Assembly: GCA_025594325.1 (NCBI GenBank)
Contig: JANHCV010000006.1
Span: forward strand, 434,001 to 498,000
DNA: 64,000 nt
Reading direction: 5' to 3'
Source: Blastocladiella emersonii ATCC 22665
Lineage: Eukaryota; Fungi; Blastocladiomycota
In this document: in pieces, positions 23,512 to 36,922 of the stretch
How positions within the stretch are numbered: position 1 is the stretch's first letter
Layout of the letters: each line of letters begins with the position of its first letter
Notes under the pieces: generated by a model
Database searches by the model: none
The model's input: only the letters and a program-made list of their open reading frames with translations
What the model was told of the DNA's origin: nothing
Program-made: the position numbers and the translations under genes

Positions 23512-26500
23512 TCACTCGCCGCCCTTCATGTACTTCTTCATCCAGTCGCTCGCGATCTTGGTGGTCTTGAGCGCCGCGTCCGCGACCCCGGCCGCGCTCG
23601 GCACGCCGGGAACGCCCTGCGGGTGCTGCTGCTGCTGGCCTCCTGCTGGTCCCGCTGCCGGCTGCTGCGGCGCGTGACCGCCGCCGGGCAACGTCCCGCT
23701 ACTCGTCGTGTGCGCGCTGCTGCTCCCAGCTGGCGCCGCGGTGCCCGAAGACGTCCCCGCAACGCCTGTCGCCCACGACTTGAGGCCGAACCCGGACATG
23801 GACATGGACGCCGAGATCTTGCCCGCGGTCGCCGCCATGGCGGCCGCGCCACCGGTATCCTTGGGCGGGGGCGGGGGTGGCGGGGGCGCCGTCGACGAGC
23901 CGGTCCCCGCGGTGCCGGGCGGAAGCGACGCGGCCGACGCTGTGGGCGGGGACACGGACCCGCCGCGCGTGACGCCGCCCATGAACCCGCTGAGCATGCC
24001 ACCGGCCGAGGCGGGCGCGGCGCCCGACACGGACGAGTTGCGCTGGTGGCCGCCGCCGCCGCCGCCGCCGACGGACGGGGAGCTCGATGCGGGGTGAGCG
24101 CCGGGACCCGTAGCCGGTGGCGGTGCAGCCGCAGCGGCGGCAGCTTTCGCCTCGGCGAGCGCGGCGGCGTGCGCGGCCTTATCCGTGATCTTCATGTTGT
24201 TGACGACGACCTCGAGGTGCGACCCGGGCCCGTCGGCGCCCTCGAGGGCGTTGAGTTTGCGGATAAAGAACTGGACGTCGATGAGTAGCGCGTTCTTGGC
24301 GGCGACGCTGGTCACGACGATCTTCTCGAGCTCGGCCTCGAGCTTGTCGTTGTACGCCTTGAACACGGCGCCCATGACGGACCGCAGCGCGTCTGCGGGG
24401 AGGTACCGGGCGAGCACGCGGTGCAGCGTCGATGTCTCCTTGACGAGGGCGTCCATGGCGGGCGTCGGCGGCGGCAGCGTCGTGGTGTCGTCGGTCGGCA
24501 CGGGCTGCGCCTCCCAGTCAACGCCGCCGAGCGCGAGCGCGTGAAACGTCACGCGCTCGTTCATGATGGCCACGAGTTTCGCGTACAGCGACGCCTGGTG
24601 GTCCGTGTAGTCCTTGGCCACCTTGTCGTACTCGGCCAGGAACACGAGCTGCTTCTCGCTCAGGTGCGCCGCGAGCGCCGTGCGGATGTACGGCACGAGG
24701 GCGAGGACGGCGCCGATCGACTGCGACGTCACGGCTACACACACATCCGCGCATCGTCGGGTTAGAGCAGTCCATGGTACACCAGCAGGGCACACGTACC
24801 GAGGTGCTTGGCCGAGATACTCTTGAGCCCCGCGCTCTGGAGGGCGCCGGCGCCGAGGACCATCTGGCACGTCCGGTTGTTGAACGTGAGCAGCAGCTCG
24901 ACGAGCTTGACGTGGACGTCAACGGCGAGCGACGGGATCGTGGCGAGGACCTGGAGGTACTCGTCGATCATCTTGCACAGGATCAGGATTACCAGCGCCA
25001 CGGGGAACTGCTGCGTCCCGATCACGAGCACCTTGCTGACGCCCGGCTGCGGCGGCGCGGCCGGCACCGCCGAATTGTTCTCCTGGCTGCCCGACAACGA
25101 CCCCGACGACCCAGCCGACGCGAGCACGCGCCGCCGCCGGCCATCGGTGGCCGCACCCGTCGGGTCCGTGATCCGGTCCACGATCTTCTGGAAGTCCGCC
25201 AGCACCTCGGCCTGCGACCACTGGTCGCACGCGACCAGGCTGCCGAGCTGCTTCATCCGCTCCACGTGGAAGTGGATGATGAACCCGCGCGCCTGCGCCT
25301 GGAGCGCGGACCGGACGCCGAGGGGCGCTGAAGGCGCCGCCGCCGCCGCAGGCGCTGTCGCCGAACCCGCCGCCGTATCCGCCGCCGCGATCTCGGCCAG
25401 CACCGCGTCCGTGGTCTGCACAAACTCGGTCGCGGTGGCGTACATGCGCACAAAGTCCTTGAGCGACAGCTGCGCGTTCTGCTCGCTGCGCGCGGCGAGG
25501 AGTTTGGCGCACCGCGCGTGACCGAGGTCGACGACCGCGTGGACGACGCGGCCGCACGCGGTGGTGAGCGTGCGGTACGTCGTCGCACCCCCGCTCCCAT
25601 TCCCGCCAAATTCCATGGGCGGGTGCGGCTGCGGGTCGGGTACCATGTTGGACGACTTGAACTCGTCGTCGTCGTTCGCGGCGGCGGCGGCGGGCGCGGG
25701 GGGGAGGGTGAGCGGGCCGACGAGCGATTTCTCGGACCCGATGCGGAGTTTCTGCGACTCGGCGTCGGCGAGCGCCAAGACGAGGACGCCGTGCAGCGCC
25801 GCGGTGCGCGTGAAGAAGGCGTGGCACGCGTGGTACGCGCCGTCGAGGAGCGCCAGGAACTTTTCGAGGGTCAGCGATTTGAGCTGCTTGATGAACGGGC
25901 TACGACAGGGGTCGAGGTTAGTGAGGTGGGAGGTGCGTAGTGAATGCGAGGAAGCATACGTGGACCCGCTCCCGGTACTCGCGTTGTCGGGGAACAGCTC
26001 GGCCGGGTAGCACTACAGGACCGCGCGTCAGTTCCAATAACCACGCGCCGAGACACGAGAGCAGCCGTACCTTCTTGATCGCGGACCTTAGCTCAACGAG
26101 CAACCGGTCCTGGAGCATCGCGAGGGCCATGGGCAGCGCGTCGATGCGGACGAGCCCGAGGACGAGCGGGAGCACGCGCGCGCGGGTCTCCTCGATCGAC
26201 GCGAGGTGCGGCGCGCGGAGGTGGTTGAGCAGCGCGTCGCAAAAGTCGGTCGCGAGCAGCTGGCCCAGCGTGCGCGCGAGGTCCGTAATCCTCGCCTGGA
26301 CCTGGTTCATCGTCGCAACCCCACGTAATCCCGCGAGCGCGTGCTGCGCGTCGGCAATGACGGCGAGCGCTGCGACGTAGTCGGCGTGCTGCAGGAGCGC
26401 CTGGACCGTGGGCAGCGCGGCCTGGACGCCGTGCATGGCGCGGACGGCGTCGAGCAGCTTGGCGACATTGGTCTTGCGCTGCGTCAGGCACACGGTCTCG

Positions 26501-27570
26501 AGGGCCTTGCGGGCGTGGACCGCCGCGAGCGCCTGCAGCCGCTCGCGCAGGAGCTGGACTTGCCGCACGCACAGGCCCGTCTCGGCGTGCAGGTCCGTCA
26601 GGTTCGTCAGCGCGTTGAAGAAGGACGCGGACCGCTGGCCGATCTCGCGCGTCAGGTGGTCCTCGACCGTGTCCGTGTGCGTCGCGAGCGAGGCCATGGC
26701 GGCGTCGAGCGCGTCGAGCTCCGCGCCGTTGGTGACGAGGTCGAAGATGCGCGGGTTCTCGAGCGTGAAGTCGGGCTGGAAGAAGACGGACGGGACCGAG
26801 CTGAGCGGCGGGGTCGCGTCTGGTGCCGCGTTGGCGTTGGCGGTCGAGGCGGTGCGCGCGAGCTGCGAGTGCGAGCCCGACGCCGGCAGGTGCTTGTCCA
26901 TGCCAATCAGGCTGTAGAGCGACGCGGACGGCGAGTCGGGGTCGTCGCGCGGGTCGCCGCGGTACTTGTTACTGCGCGGGCGCAGCGACGGCGCCCCCGT
27001 CGTGGCGGCGCTGAGCCCGGCGCGGCGGTTCTCGACAAACTTGTCGTGATAGCCCGTGATGGACTTGATGTACGCCTCAAAGTCGGCGTACTTGACCTTC
27101 TTGACCGCGACAACGGGCACGTGGGCGCCGCCGATATCGAGCTTGGCGAACTTGAGCGCCTTGGGGTCGTTGAGCACGCCCGACAGCGACATGAGCTGCG
27201 CCGGGACGATGCTCGCGGTCAGCGAAGTCGACCGCGCGCGCCGGTGCGCCGACCGGCCGAGCGACGGCGACGAGGTGCCCGAGTTGGTCCCGCTCCCGCC
27301 CGCGGCGTGGTAGTTGAGCGCCCCCGTCACGGTCGGCGGGCGAGGCAGGCCGCCGACCGAGGACGACGCGAAGCTGAACATGGCGCTCGCGGCGGAACCC
27401 GAGGTCGAGGGCGGCGTCGGCGCCAGGTTGCGCGTCGACGACTCGGCCGACGTGGTGCCCGAGGCCGGCGGCGTGCCCGAGCCGCGGATCGAGGCGCGCC
27501 GCGGGTCGCCCGGCGCCGAGGCGTGGCGCGCGGATGACGCGGACCCGGACGCGACGCCGAAGAAGTTCAT
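23512..27570 (-). CDS. VPS54: GARP complex subunit Vps54, multi-exon
   Basis: FFQPDFTLENPRIF, LTREIGQRSASFFNAL, FHVERMKQL..LV..DQWSQAEV, FNNRTCQMVLGAGALQSAGLKSISAKHL/ASQSI. Confidence 0.92.
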
Positions 27571-28973
27571 GGTGGCGATCAACCGGCTGTCGATGGCGTT
27601 GCTGCGTGTGGCTCCATGCGCCCGTCGATGGTGATGGTGGCGATGAGGGGTGGCGCGCTCGCCGTCGCGGTCATCGAGGCCGACGCCGCCCGCGCCGCCG
27701 TGGCGAAGACGCGTCTACAAGTCCACGTGGGTGCCTCCCGCCCGCGAGATCGCGGCAAGCGCGACGCGCTGGACGCGAACTCTTACCGTGGGCCGCGTCT
27801 AGCTTGGTGCAACGCGCTCGGCAACGGGTTCCTGGTCGGTGAAGCGGGTGGAGCAGGGTCTGGTCGCCGTCGACCACCACCTCCCCCGAAGCTTCCCGGA
27901 GGGAGAGTCACGGCGTGCAGGCAAAGAGCGGTCCAGGGCCGCCGGCCGTGCTGCCTTGACCTCACGTAGCAGCAGCGATACGGTCAGCCAGGCCAAAGCT
28001 GCAGGGCAAGGCCGCAAGCACCGCTGCGACCCCAGGGAGAAGCAGATCCCTGAGAGGAACGGCGACAGCCGCCAGCCGTGGGCAACTGAGGTCGCTAACG
28101 ACGGCCGCCATGGCCAGCGGCAGCGCGCACCGAGAGCAGCAGTTCCTGCCAAGAAACGGGTGGCCGACGCGATGGAGCTTCGAGTCCAGGCGCGACGTGG
28201 CGTTGTTCGTCCTGCCCACACGCGCACGCTGACTCGTTTGCCCGGATGCTATCGGCACGCCACGGTGGCGGAGAGGCGCGTCGCGTCGCGCTTCGCGGCG
28301 CGCGCGAGTTGATGGCGACGTCACAAGCCGTGGTGAGCCGGGAATGCCGACCGACCACGCGTGTGATGGCAGTGAGACGTCACCTCGACGCTCCGGCTCC
28401 CTCGGCCGGCCGGGCGCGATGGTGATGTTGACGGTGATCGAAAGCGAGAAACCCGATCGGGAAGCACGGCGTGCGGATGGGGAGGCGGGTGGCGCGGGTC
28501 CGCGGCGGGCATGCAGCATGGAGCGGCGGCCAGCGTGGCCATGCTGTTCCGGCGGAGCTGCAGCATCACGCACGACAGTGTTGCTTTGCATCGACCGCCG
28601 CTGCCGCACCGAATTCGACGCGCCGCTGCTCTCGCTTCGACGAACGACGCTGCGGTCGCCGCCAAACTCCCCTTCCAGTCTTGGCAACGTCGGCTTGCGG
28701 TCTCGCACCGCCATCGCCTCGCCTCGCACCGACCTCCCGGCGACCGCCGCCCTCTTCATTGACGGACACGCGCGCGACCACCGTCGAGCAACGCCAAGGA
28801 GCCCGACCGCTCCATCGTACTGCGGTGTTTCGAGTGCTGCTGGCGTGGGACGGCCCCCAGCCTCACCGTGAGCCGCTCCACTGTTCCTGCAGGACCCGAC
28901 CGCACCGCTTCTTCTCCCCCTCTCACAAAGGGCTCCCACCTCCTGCGAAGGTGATCCCTCCACCACCATCACC

Positions 28974-31900
28974 ATGTCGCCGCCCGTGTCGGCCGCTGTT
29001 CCGCCGACGACAAGGCCGCCATCGGCCCCCGCCGCCGCGGTCTCGCACTCGCCGTCGCCGACCGTCATCGCTCCACCGCTCCCACCGCGCTCGAGCTTGG
29101 ACCACGCTGCGACTCCGCGCAAGCGCACGCTGTCGGCGCTGCCGCACCGCCACCATGCGCACCACCCGCGCCACCAGCTGCACGACAGCGGCTTCTCGGC
29201 GTCGGCCTCCTCTGAATCCTCGCCCGCCTCGTCGCGGTCCGGCACCATGTCCTCGTCGACGACCACCTCGTCACTCGACTCGCTGTCGGCGCTCGCCGCC
29301 GCCACGCGATCGTCGCCCGCGCTCCCGCCGCCGCTGCGCCTCGCCCGCAAGCCGCTCAAGCTGACCCGCAACCTGACGTCGCCGAGCATGCGGTCGTCCA
29401 TCTCGTCGTCTTCCTCGTCGTCCGGCGCCTCGGCGGCGTGGGCTTCCGTGACCACGGCCGTCTCGTCGCTCGTCCACCTCGCCTCGCCTGCGTCCGACTC
29501 GGCCGTGGTCGCGTCGCCGCCTAGGTCGCGCAAACCGACCCCGCTCGAGATTCACCGCGACGGCGAGTTTGTTGTTCTCGAGGCACACCCGTCCGACTCG
29601 GAGTCGGAGTCCGACGATTCGGCCTCGGACAGCGAGATGGCCCGCGACAACGCGGTCAGCGACGATGAGAACGACGACGAGGCCCGCGTCCCGCTCCTCC
29701 TCGCGTCGCCGCCGCTCACCCCGCTCCCCGCAACATCCGGCTCCACCGTGACATTGCCGCCTCCGACGCCGCCGCGCGCTCCGCTCCCGCGGCTCGCCAT
29801 CGACACCTCGTCCGTCGCCGCCCCGCCGGCCCACCACCATGCGACACCACCGCCCTCGCCGCTCGCGCCCGTCCCCGATCCCACCCCCTCACCATCCCGC
29901 GTGACAGCGGCGCCCGGCCGCTCCCGCAGCCTCGTGTGGCGCCCCGAGGTCGCCGAATCCACGGCCCTCGCGCTGCACGAGTGCGCCCTGCGCGCTTTCG
30001 CCGCCATCTACGACTCGCACTATGAGGACAGCGATGGCGATGCCGCGCACCCGCCCCCTGCGCCCGCACCGTCACCTGTGTCCGCTGCGTGTGAGTGGAT
30101 GTTGCCGTGCCCGCTCGTCCACGCCCAGCCGCCGCTCGAGGGTGGGATCGCGGCGGGGTCAACCGCGACGCAGCAGCAGCCCGCTGCGCGGTACGCCGTG
30201 ACGTGGAAACCGGTCCCCGGCGTGTGCAACGCCAACGGCGCGTCGGGGGAGCACGCGGCGTCGTCGTCCGCGTTCCCGGCCGCGCTGCGCGGAAGGGCGG
30301 GCAAGACCGAGCACCCCGTCTCGCCCGCTGTCGACGGAGCGGTGCCCGAGACACCGACGATCGAGGTGCACCGGCGCAAGCTCAAGTGCGTCGCCGCTTC
30401 CCCACCCTCACCGCCTTCGCGGTCCGCGGGGACCCCGCCGCCACTCTCGTCCGTGCACCGGTCCCGCTTCCGCGACCGTCTCTCCACGGCGACGCGCAAG
30501 TTCCTCCGCGCCGCGCGGATACCCGCCGCGGGACCGCCGCTGCCGCTGACGACCAGCACGCCGCCGTGTCAGCAGGCGCGCGAGGGGGGCGCGGGGACGG
30601 GCGGGTCGCGCAGCGGTGGTGGTGCGGCCGCGGCGGCGGCGTCGATGTGGCTCCCCGTCAACTCGACGACGCTGCGCGCACGGGTGGATCTGCCCGGTAC
30701 GCCCGCGGAGATGTTGCGTGTGATTGTTGACCGGCCGTCGTGTACGTTTCCCTCATCCTCTCCGCCGCCGAACTGAGACTAACCTGACGATCACAGGGGA
30801 CCCGAAATGCACCTCGACCCAATCCGTGTACGAGTCGCACTTCATGACCACGCGCCAGTACAACTTTGCCGACCGCGCGCCCGTGCAGTGGGTCGAGTCG
30901 ACCAGCGTCAAGAACGGCGCCCTCATCCTGTCAGCCATGGCGCTGCCCGACACGGCTGCCGCGGCACCCGAATCTTCTTCCGCAACATCCCCATCCCCCG
31001 CCACCGTCCCCTCGGTCCCGACACTCCGCGCTATGATCGCCGGCTGGGTCCTCGAACCACTACCGCGCGGTAGCGGGCCGCCCGTGACCCGCGTCGTCCT
31101 GTACGTGCACGCGCGCGCCGCCGAACGCCGCCGGCCGTGGCGACGCAGCGCGCCCAGTCGAAAGGCCGCGGCCGAGGTCGCCGGGTGGCTCCGCCTCGTC
31201 GCGCAGCGCGTCCTCGATCCGCGCACCGAGCCGAGGACGGAGCCCGAGCGGCCCAAGTCGCGCTTCTCCCTGCGCCGCAGCAAACCGCGCATGCGGTCCG
31301 CGTCGACGCCCCGCGGCCCGCCGCTCGCTGCGACGATGCCGCGGCTCAACAACAACCCGCCGCTACCGACGGCAGCGTTGCCGACGATCCCGCAGTCCCC
31401 GCCCACCCGCCCCGCGTCCCCGCCGCGCGCCGAGCCCCTCCCGCTGCACCGCTCGTGGTCGGATACCTGGGTCGAGTACCCGCGGACCCCGCGCTCTGCC
31501 TCGGCCGCGGCCGCGAAACCCGTCCTGCCGCAGGTCACCGTCAGCCCGCCATCACCCACCACGGCGCGCCCGACGACCGCACCAACCTCTCGCCGCCCCT
31601 CGGCCACCGCGGGGGATACGGGTCTCGGCGACCGCGCGCGGTTCGCGCTCTCGCAGGCGCGGCAGCACTGGTTCGGCAGCACGTCTGCGGCTGCCGACGA
31701 TGCGCTCGCTTCCCCACAACCCGCGACTGCCGTCGCGACGCGACCCTCCGCTGACCCGAACGCCAACGCCGCGAGCGCCGCGTGGGTCCTCGGGTCCGTC
31801 ATGTTCCTCGCCACGCTCATGTCCGTCGGGTGGTCCGCGCTCGCGAGCCGGATGGCGGGCGAGCAGCGCGACGACGGGGTCGTGGGGTACCGGCCCAGTG

Positions 31901-32100
31901 GCGGGGCGAGGAGGGACTCGCGGAGACGCGCGAGCGAGATCGCCATCATGTGGCGCGGGTGGCGGCCCGTGCTCGTGTCGACAGCGACCGCGGGTGGGCA
32001 GGATGTAGAGGAGGAGGGGAGGCTGGCGGGGTCGTGGGACGCGGCGGCGAGGAGTAGAGAAACCAAGGGCTCCGAGAGGGAAGAGGGGGAGGGGCCCTGA
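28974..32100 (+). CDS. Ser/Pro-rich protein with probable START-like domain and C-terminal TM helix
   Basis: ORFs 28974-30776 and 30724-32100 joined by a GTACGT...CACAG intron (about 30742-30796). Segment LRARVDLPGTPAEMLRVIVD...GWVLEPLP....TRVVLYVH resembles the START/Bet v1 fold; TM segment WVLGSVMFLATLMSVGWSAL. Confidence 0.5.
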
Positions 32101-33257
32101 GAGTTAATACAGAACGAGATGTGCAGTGTACCATCTACAAAAGCTCACGGTTGCATTGGTGGGATGAAGTCGGAGGCGTGAGGGGTGAAGCGGTCGGTGT
32201 CTCGCGCGCGAGACATCCACACGTGTTTTCGCGACGCGTCCGGTCGGCCGAGGCGCGCGGGCGCGACGATGGTCGTCATCTGGAACGCCTTCAGAACTTT
32301 CAAAGTACGCTTCTGTACCTGGGCCATAGTTTGCGAGGGAAGCGTTGTCAAGACCTTGATCCAGCCGATGGTGGTCGCACGCCAGCAACTCGTCGATCAG
32401 GCTCTTCTAATAGGTCTCTTGGCTTGCGATAGTTACCATCTAGCACACGAGCGTATTTAGGGCTGTGAATAGGGTATGAAGGCTATTCGCGTGATGTAAT
32501 AGTTGGCGTGTGACGCGTCCTCGCGCGGCCACGGAGCAGGCGCGCGGCGTGCTCGACTCACTTCGCACGCCCGCTCTCCCCGACGTGCTCCCCAACATGT
32601 ACTCAAATGGACTAGAATCGCTTCCAACTTGTCGCAACGTGTGCGCTGTTGAGCGGTAGACATCTTGCGCTCGTTTATTTGTGTGCGTTCTTCACGGACG
32701 CTTGGGTCTCGGAGCGACCTCGACGCTGACACGCCCTTGCCCGACAGATGACTTGCCCGGCTTAGGAAAAGGATTAGGGCAAAATCACGATGAGCCTGAG
32801 GTTTGCCTGGATCGACACCGTGTTCACACGTACTTAGTCCAGTCGGGAATCGCAGCCCACTCGCGTACGAAGCATTGGCAAGCGCGTGGGAGCCCATCAC
32901 CATTACTTGCTCTTACTCCAAGCATCTTCCGTGACCTGCGTGCTCTCAGCGACGCAAAAGTATGCCCATGCCAGCACCTGTCACTCTTCCGCGTAGCGCA
33001 CGCCAGTCTGGTCACACTCAGCAAGGCATTTTCGCTCGCACACCACGGTGGACGTGAAGTAGGAGGCTGAGAGCAGCACTTGCCCGTTTTCACTACCGCC
33101 AAAATCTTTGACTGCCCGCCCTTCAGCAGTGGCGCAGGCGCCCTTCTTCGTTCGACCTCATCGTCCGAATGCAAGTATACCCCAGGCCGTCGCCCAGCTC
33201 AAAAACACACCCGCTCCACCATTTCGAGTCCCACCGCTCCTCTCGCACCACGCTGGT

Positions 33258-33314
33258 CGGCCGCCCTCGCGCGGGCGCCGTGAAAAGTCCGCGCCGCCCG
33301 CGCGCGTGCGGCCC
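33258..33314 (+). repeat. 57-nt hairpin element, copy 1
   Basis: 20-nt arms (17 Watson-Crick pairs, 3 mismatches) around the loop CCGTGAAAAGTCCGCGC. Confidence 0.85.
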
Positions 33315-34507
33315 TCTGTACATTCATCAAGTCACAGCGTGGTACGCGAGGGCCGTGCGGATCTCGGGTGATGCGGCGGTGGGCGCGTCGTGCTTGACAC
33401 GACGGCGGCGTTGGACGCGACGGTCGGGGTCGCGCGGGCCGTGATGTCGGGTCTGTGTTGTTGAATTCGATGCTCCTTTGCTCCTCATAACGCGCTGCGC
33501 ATCATGGACGTGTGATAAAACGCAAGTTGTGGTCGCAATCGACGCCCGGACGACTGATCCGCGGGGCGGGCGCGTGAACTGACGCGAAAACGGGTTCACT
33601 AAAGGTCGCAGAGGCTGAGACCGCGGGCCATGCAATAGAGGCCCGGGTATGGCACAGCAGAGACTTGTTCCTGTCCTGACACGTACTTGGCCACACAACG
33701 TTTCCCGCCAACGAGTGCAGTTGCGTGCAAGGCGCTCGTCCGCGAACGCGTTTCGTGTGGCGCAACGCGGTCAGATGGGTCAGCTGATGGAGGCGCATTT
33801 TTGCCTTTTCGTCTCCGCCGCCTCGCAGAGCTCCTCGGTCTTTAGCCAAGCAAGATACCCTCATGAATATTGATGTAACTCTATGAAATAGCTATTGCGA
33901 CCAGCTAGGACCCCGCTCGTGCTTGATTTGCTCAGCCGCAGTCTATGCCCAGCGACGCTTCCCGCCCGTGGTCTCGGGAATCGAAGCGCTTTGTGCGGCA
34001 GCCGCGGTCGCGAGACGGGCGTCTGTCGACTCCTGAATAGAATAGCGCTGTACATGGTGTCGATCATGTTTACGACATGAGCTCCTTAACGGGCCCTGTT
34101 GAATCGCGGCAAGACGGGATTTCGTTGTCGCTCGTCACCTTCGTGGGGATGCTCACACAACAAGGCGTTCCCGAGATGCGACACGGGTGATCACTTCAAC
34201 TTACCGGAATCGCAAAACGCTACTTGCTTATCGCTGGCGTCGCTCACTGGGCGTGAACTCTTCACCCAATCTCGCACCGGTCAACGCGTGCGTCCTCACC
34301 TTCCTTTGATCGAGCGCTCCCCTCGAGACCCACTGATGTACCCGTCCCCTTACAGGCATACCCACGCGTCCGGGCGCACACTCACCGGCACACAAGAACA
34401 AGAGCACGACGCTCGCGCGGGCGATCAGGCCACCAGCCACGAACTCGGCACGATTCTCGACCTCGGCCGCCGTTCGAGTCTCGCACACCTCCTCACTCCG
34501 TGCTGTC

Positions 34508-34564
34508 GGGCCGCACTCGCGTGGGCGCCGTGAAAAGACCGCGCCGCCCGCGCGAGTGCGGCCC
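34508..34564 (+). repeat. 57-nt hairpin element, copy 2
   Basis: GGGCCGCACTCGCGTGGGCG / CCGTGAAAAGACCGCGC / CGCCCGCGCGAGTGCGGCCC: 19 Watson-Crick pairs plus 1 G-T. Confidence 0.9.
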
Positions 34565-35073
34565 TCCACACGTCACGATGCAGCGCGGGGCGAGGCGACC
34601 GTGCGGGACTCGATCGGCGGCGGGACGCGCGGCGGGCCGGTCGAGGTGGTCATGGGCACTGCATGGTCGCGGCGTGGTCGCGGTCCCGGTCGGATGTCGA
34701 TGGCGGCGCAGTGGAGGGTGTTCGGCCGTTGGAGTAGGAATGATTAGACACACGTTTGCTTCTCAGTATCCCGCGTCACATTCAGCCGGTGCCGAGCAGA
34801 AAGGGGTTCGGGCCGCTGAGCCACACGCGAGAACGTCAGAGGGCGCCCGGTCAGAATCAAGCGGTTCAACCTGAACACGCCGGGGATTCGCTCAATGGAT
34901 GGACGGGGCAGATGTGAGGAAGCAACCGCGCGCGCGGGGAGGTCGTATATTCTGACAGAACGAGAAGCTCGGCAGGAGGGACAATGACACGGCGCACGCC
35001 GCGCGCGAGGGCCGGCGACCCCATGATGTGCTTGTTACGGGGTCGAGCCGATCGGTCGACGAGCAGCAGGCGC

Positions 35074-35513
35074 TTAGTCGAAGAGACCGAAGCCCATGTC
35101 GTCGTCCTCCTCGGACTCGGGCTCGGGCTCAGCCTCAGCGGCGGCGGGGGCAGCCGAGCCAGCGGCGGGGGCGGCGGCGGCAGCGCCAGCGGGGGCAGCC
35201 GAGCCGGCGCCGATCTTGGACAGGAGACCGTTGACGTCGGTGTTGGCGAGGGCCTGGGCGAAGACCTTGGTCCAGATGGCCTCGACCTCGATGCCGGCGG
35301 CCTTGGTCACGGCCGAGAGGTTCTCGGGCTATGGGAGGGAGGGAGGGGTGATCGGTGAGGACGAGGTCGATCAGGGTGCGGGGTCGAGGGCGGCGAGGGT
35401 CGGATGGTGGCGAGGGTGACGGGGGACCACTGCGGCGGATGACGTACGGTGATGGCGACCTCGGCGTCAGCCAGGATGAGGGAAGCGTAGACGATGGCGA
35501 GCTCGGACGACAT
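35074..35513 (-). CDS. RPP1: 60S acidic ribosomal protein P1
   Basis: MSSELAIVYASLILAD / intron / ENLSAVTKAAGIEVEAIW..., Ala-rich hinge, C-terminal DDDMGFGLFD*. Confidence 0.96.
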
Positions 35514-36001
35514 GGTGACGAAGGGGAGAGAGGGAACAACACGGCTCGTTGAGTATGTTTAAACCGGGAGGTCACAACAACGAAGGCAGGGGCCAGAGCA
35601 GCGGGGAGTGGGGACCGCCCGCTGGCCTTGGCCCGGCCGCCGCCTGCCTGCCCGCACGCAGCGCGGCCGGCCGCCCAGCGGGCCCCGGCATAGCGCCGTG
35701 CGAGCGGGCCCTCGGAAGTGTGTACGCCGCCCACGTGCGCGTTGCTAGGCGCCCCGCTATTCGCGCCATCCGCATGGCATCAGGGTTGCCCGGTTTTCGC
35801 GCGTCACGCGCGCTCAGCTGATGCGGTCACCGTGGTTTCTTAGAGTTTTTCACCTCAACATCGTCCTGCTGTCGTGCCGTGCGACCGCGTGCGCTGCGCC
35901 GCCGCCTCCCTCGCCACCCTTGACCCGCTCCCGACTCGTCACGCCCGCCGCCGACGTCGCTGCTTCTTGCCCTCGGAACTCCACGCATCGCCCATCCAAC
36001 C

Positions 36002-36922
36002 ATGATCGCCGCCCGCCTGACCCGCGCTGTCGCCCCGCGCCTCGCCGCCGCCCACACCTTCTCGGCTGCCGCCATCCGCCTCGGTACGTCCCGCATCGGC
36101 TCTGCGGGAGAGTGCTGCCGGGCTCGCTCCTAGGGGGACATGGGGACTGTGCAATGGCCACACGAGCTCGATGCATCGACCGAGCAGCGAGGAGCACGTC
36201 GGACCACCTCGAGCATGAACTTTGCTTGTTTCTTGCACTATGTTGGCCATCGGTTATCGGCACCATGTGATCAACATCTTTGCGCACGACGGCATCTGCG
36301 CTATGGCGCTCGGCATGCGTGCACCGGCTCGATGCCGTCGCCGGCTGGCCGTCGTGTTACTCGAACCCGCTCACGGTATCCTGGACTGTTCAACTCGGCC
36401 TCGGCCGCGGTGATAACTGTCCTTGCTGATCGTGTCGCCGACGCCGCTCCACGCCTGCTCCTGCTCGTTGCCTTCCCGCCGTACCCGTGTCCCCCCCGAC
36501 GAGCGCGCAAACCCCAACTCAACCATCACCCACTCTAACCCATGACCCGATATCGTCAATCCATAGGCGGCCACGGCCCCGCTGAGCCCTTCGTCGGCCC
36601 CGGCACCCAGCCCGGCAAGATCCCCACCGACCTCGAGCAGTCGACCGGTCTCGAGCGCTTCGAGTACCTCTCGGAGCTCGAGGGCCGCAACGCCTTCGAC
36701 ATGAAGCCCCTCGAGCCCACCCACCTCGGCACCCCCGCCAACCCCATCGTCGTCGAGTCGGTCGAGAACGTCCGCTACGTCGGCTGCACCGGCTACCCCG
36801 TCGACTCGCACGACACCATCTGGATCCGCGTCAACAAGACCAAGGAGGAGGGCGTCAACCGGTGCCCCGAATGTGGTGGCAGTTACCAGCTGAAGATGGT
36901 GGATGCTCCCCACTTCCACTAA
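36002..36922 (+). CDS. COX4: Cytochrome c oxidase subunit Vb (yeast Cox4 type)
   Basis: Mitochondrial presequence exon, 483-nt intron (36084-36566), then PTDLEQSTGLERFEYL, VGCTGYP..SH, RCPECG zinc-site motifs. Confidence 0.93.

Noticed and set aside
32764-32778. AGGAAAAGGATTAG shared with repeat block B (about 59412)
   Set aside because: Only about 14 nt with no flanking similarity; such matches are expected by chance in a 64-kb self-comparison.
34508-34564. Hairpin as a SECIS element, tRNA, hammerhead or HDV ribozyme
   Set aside because: GTGA and AAAA are adjacent rather than separated by a helix as in SECIS, and there is no upstream gene; no cloverleaf, CTGATGA core or nested pseudoknot is visible.
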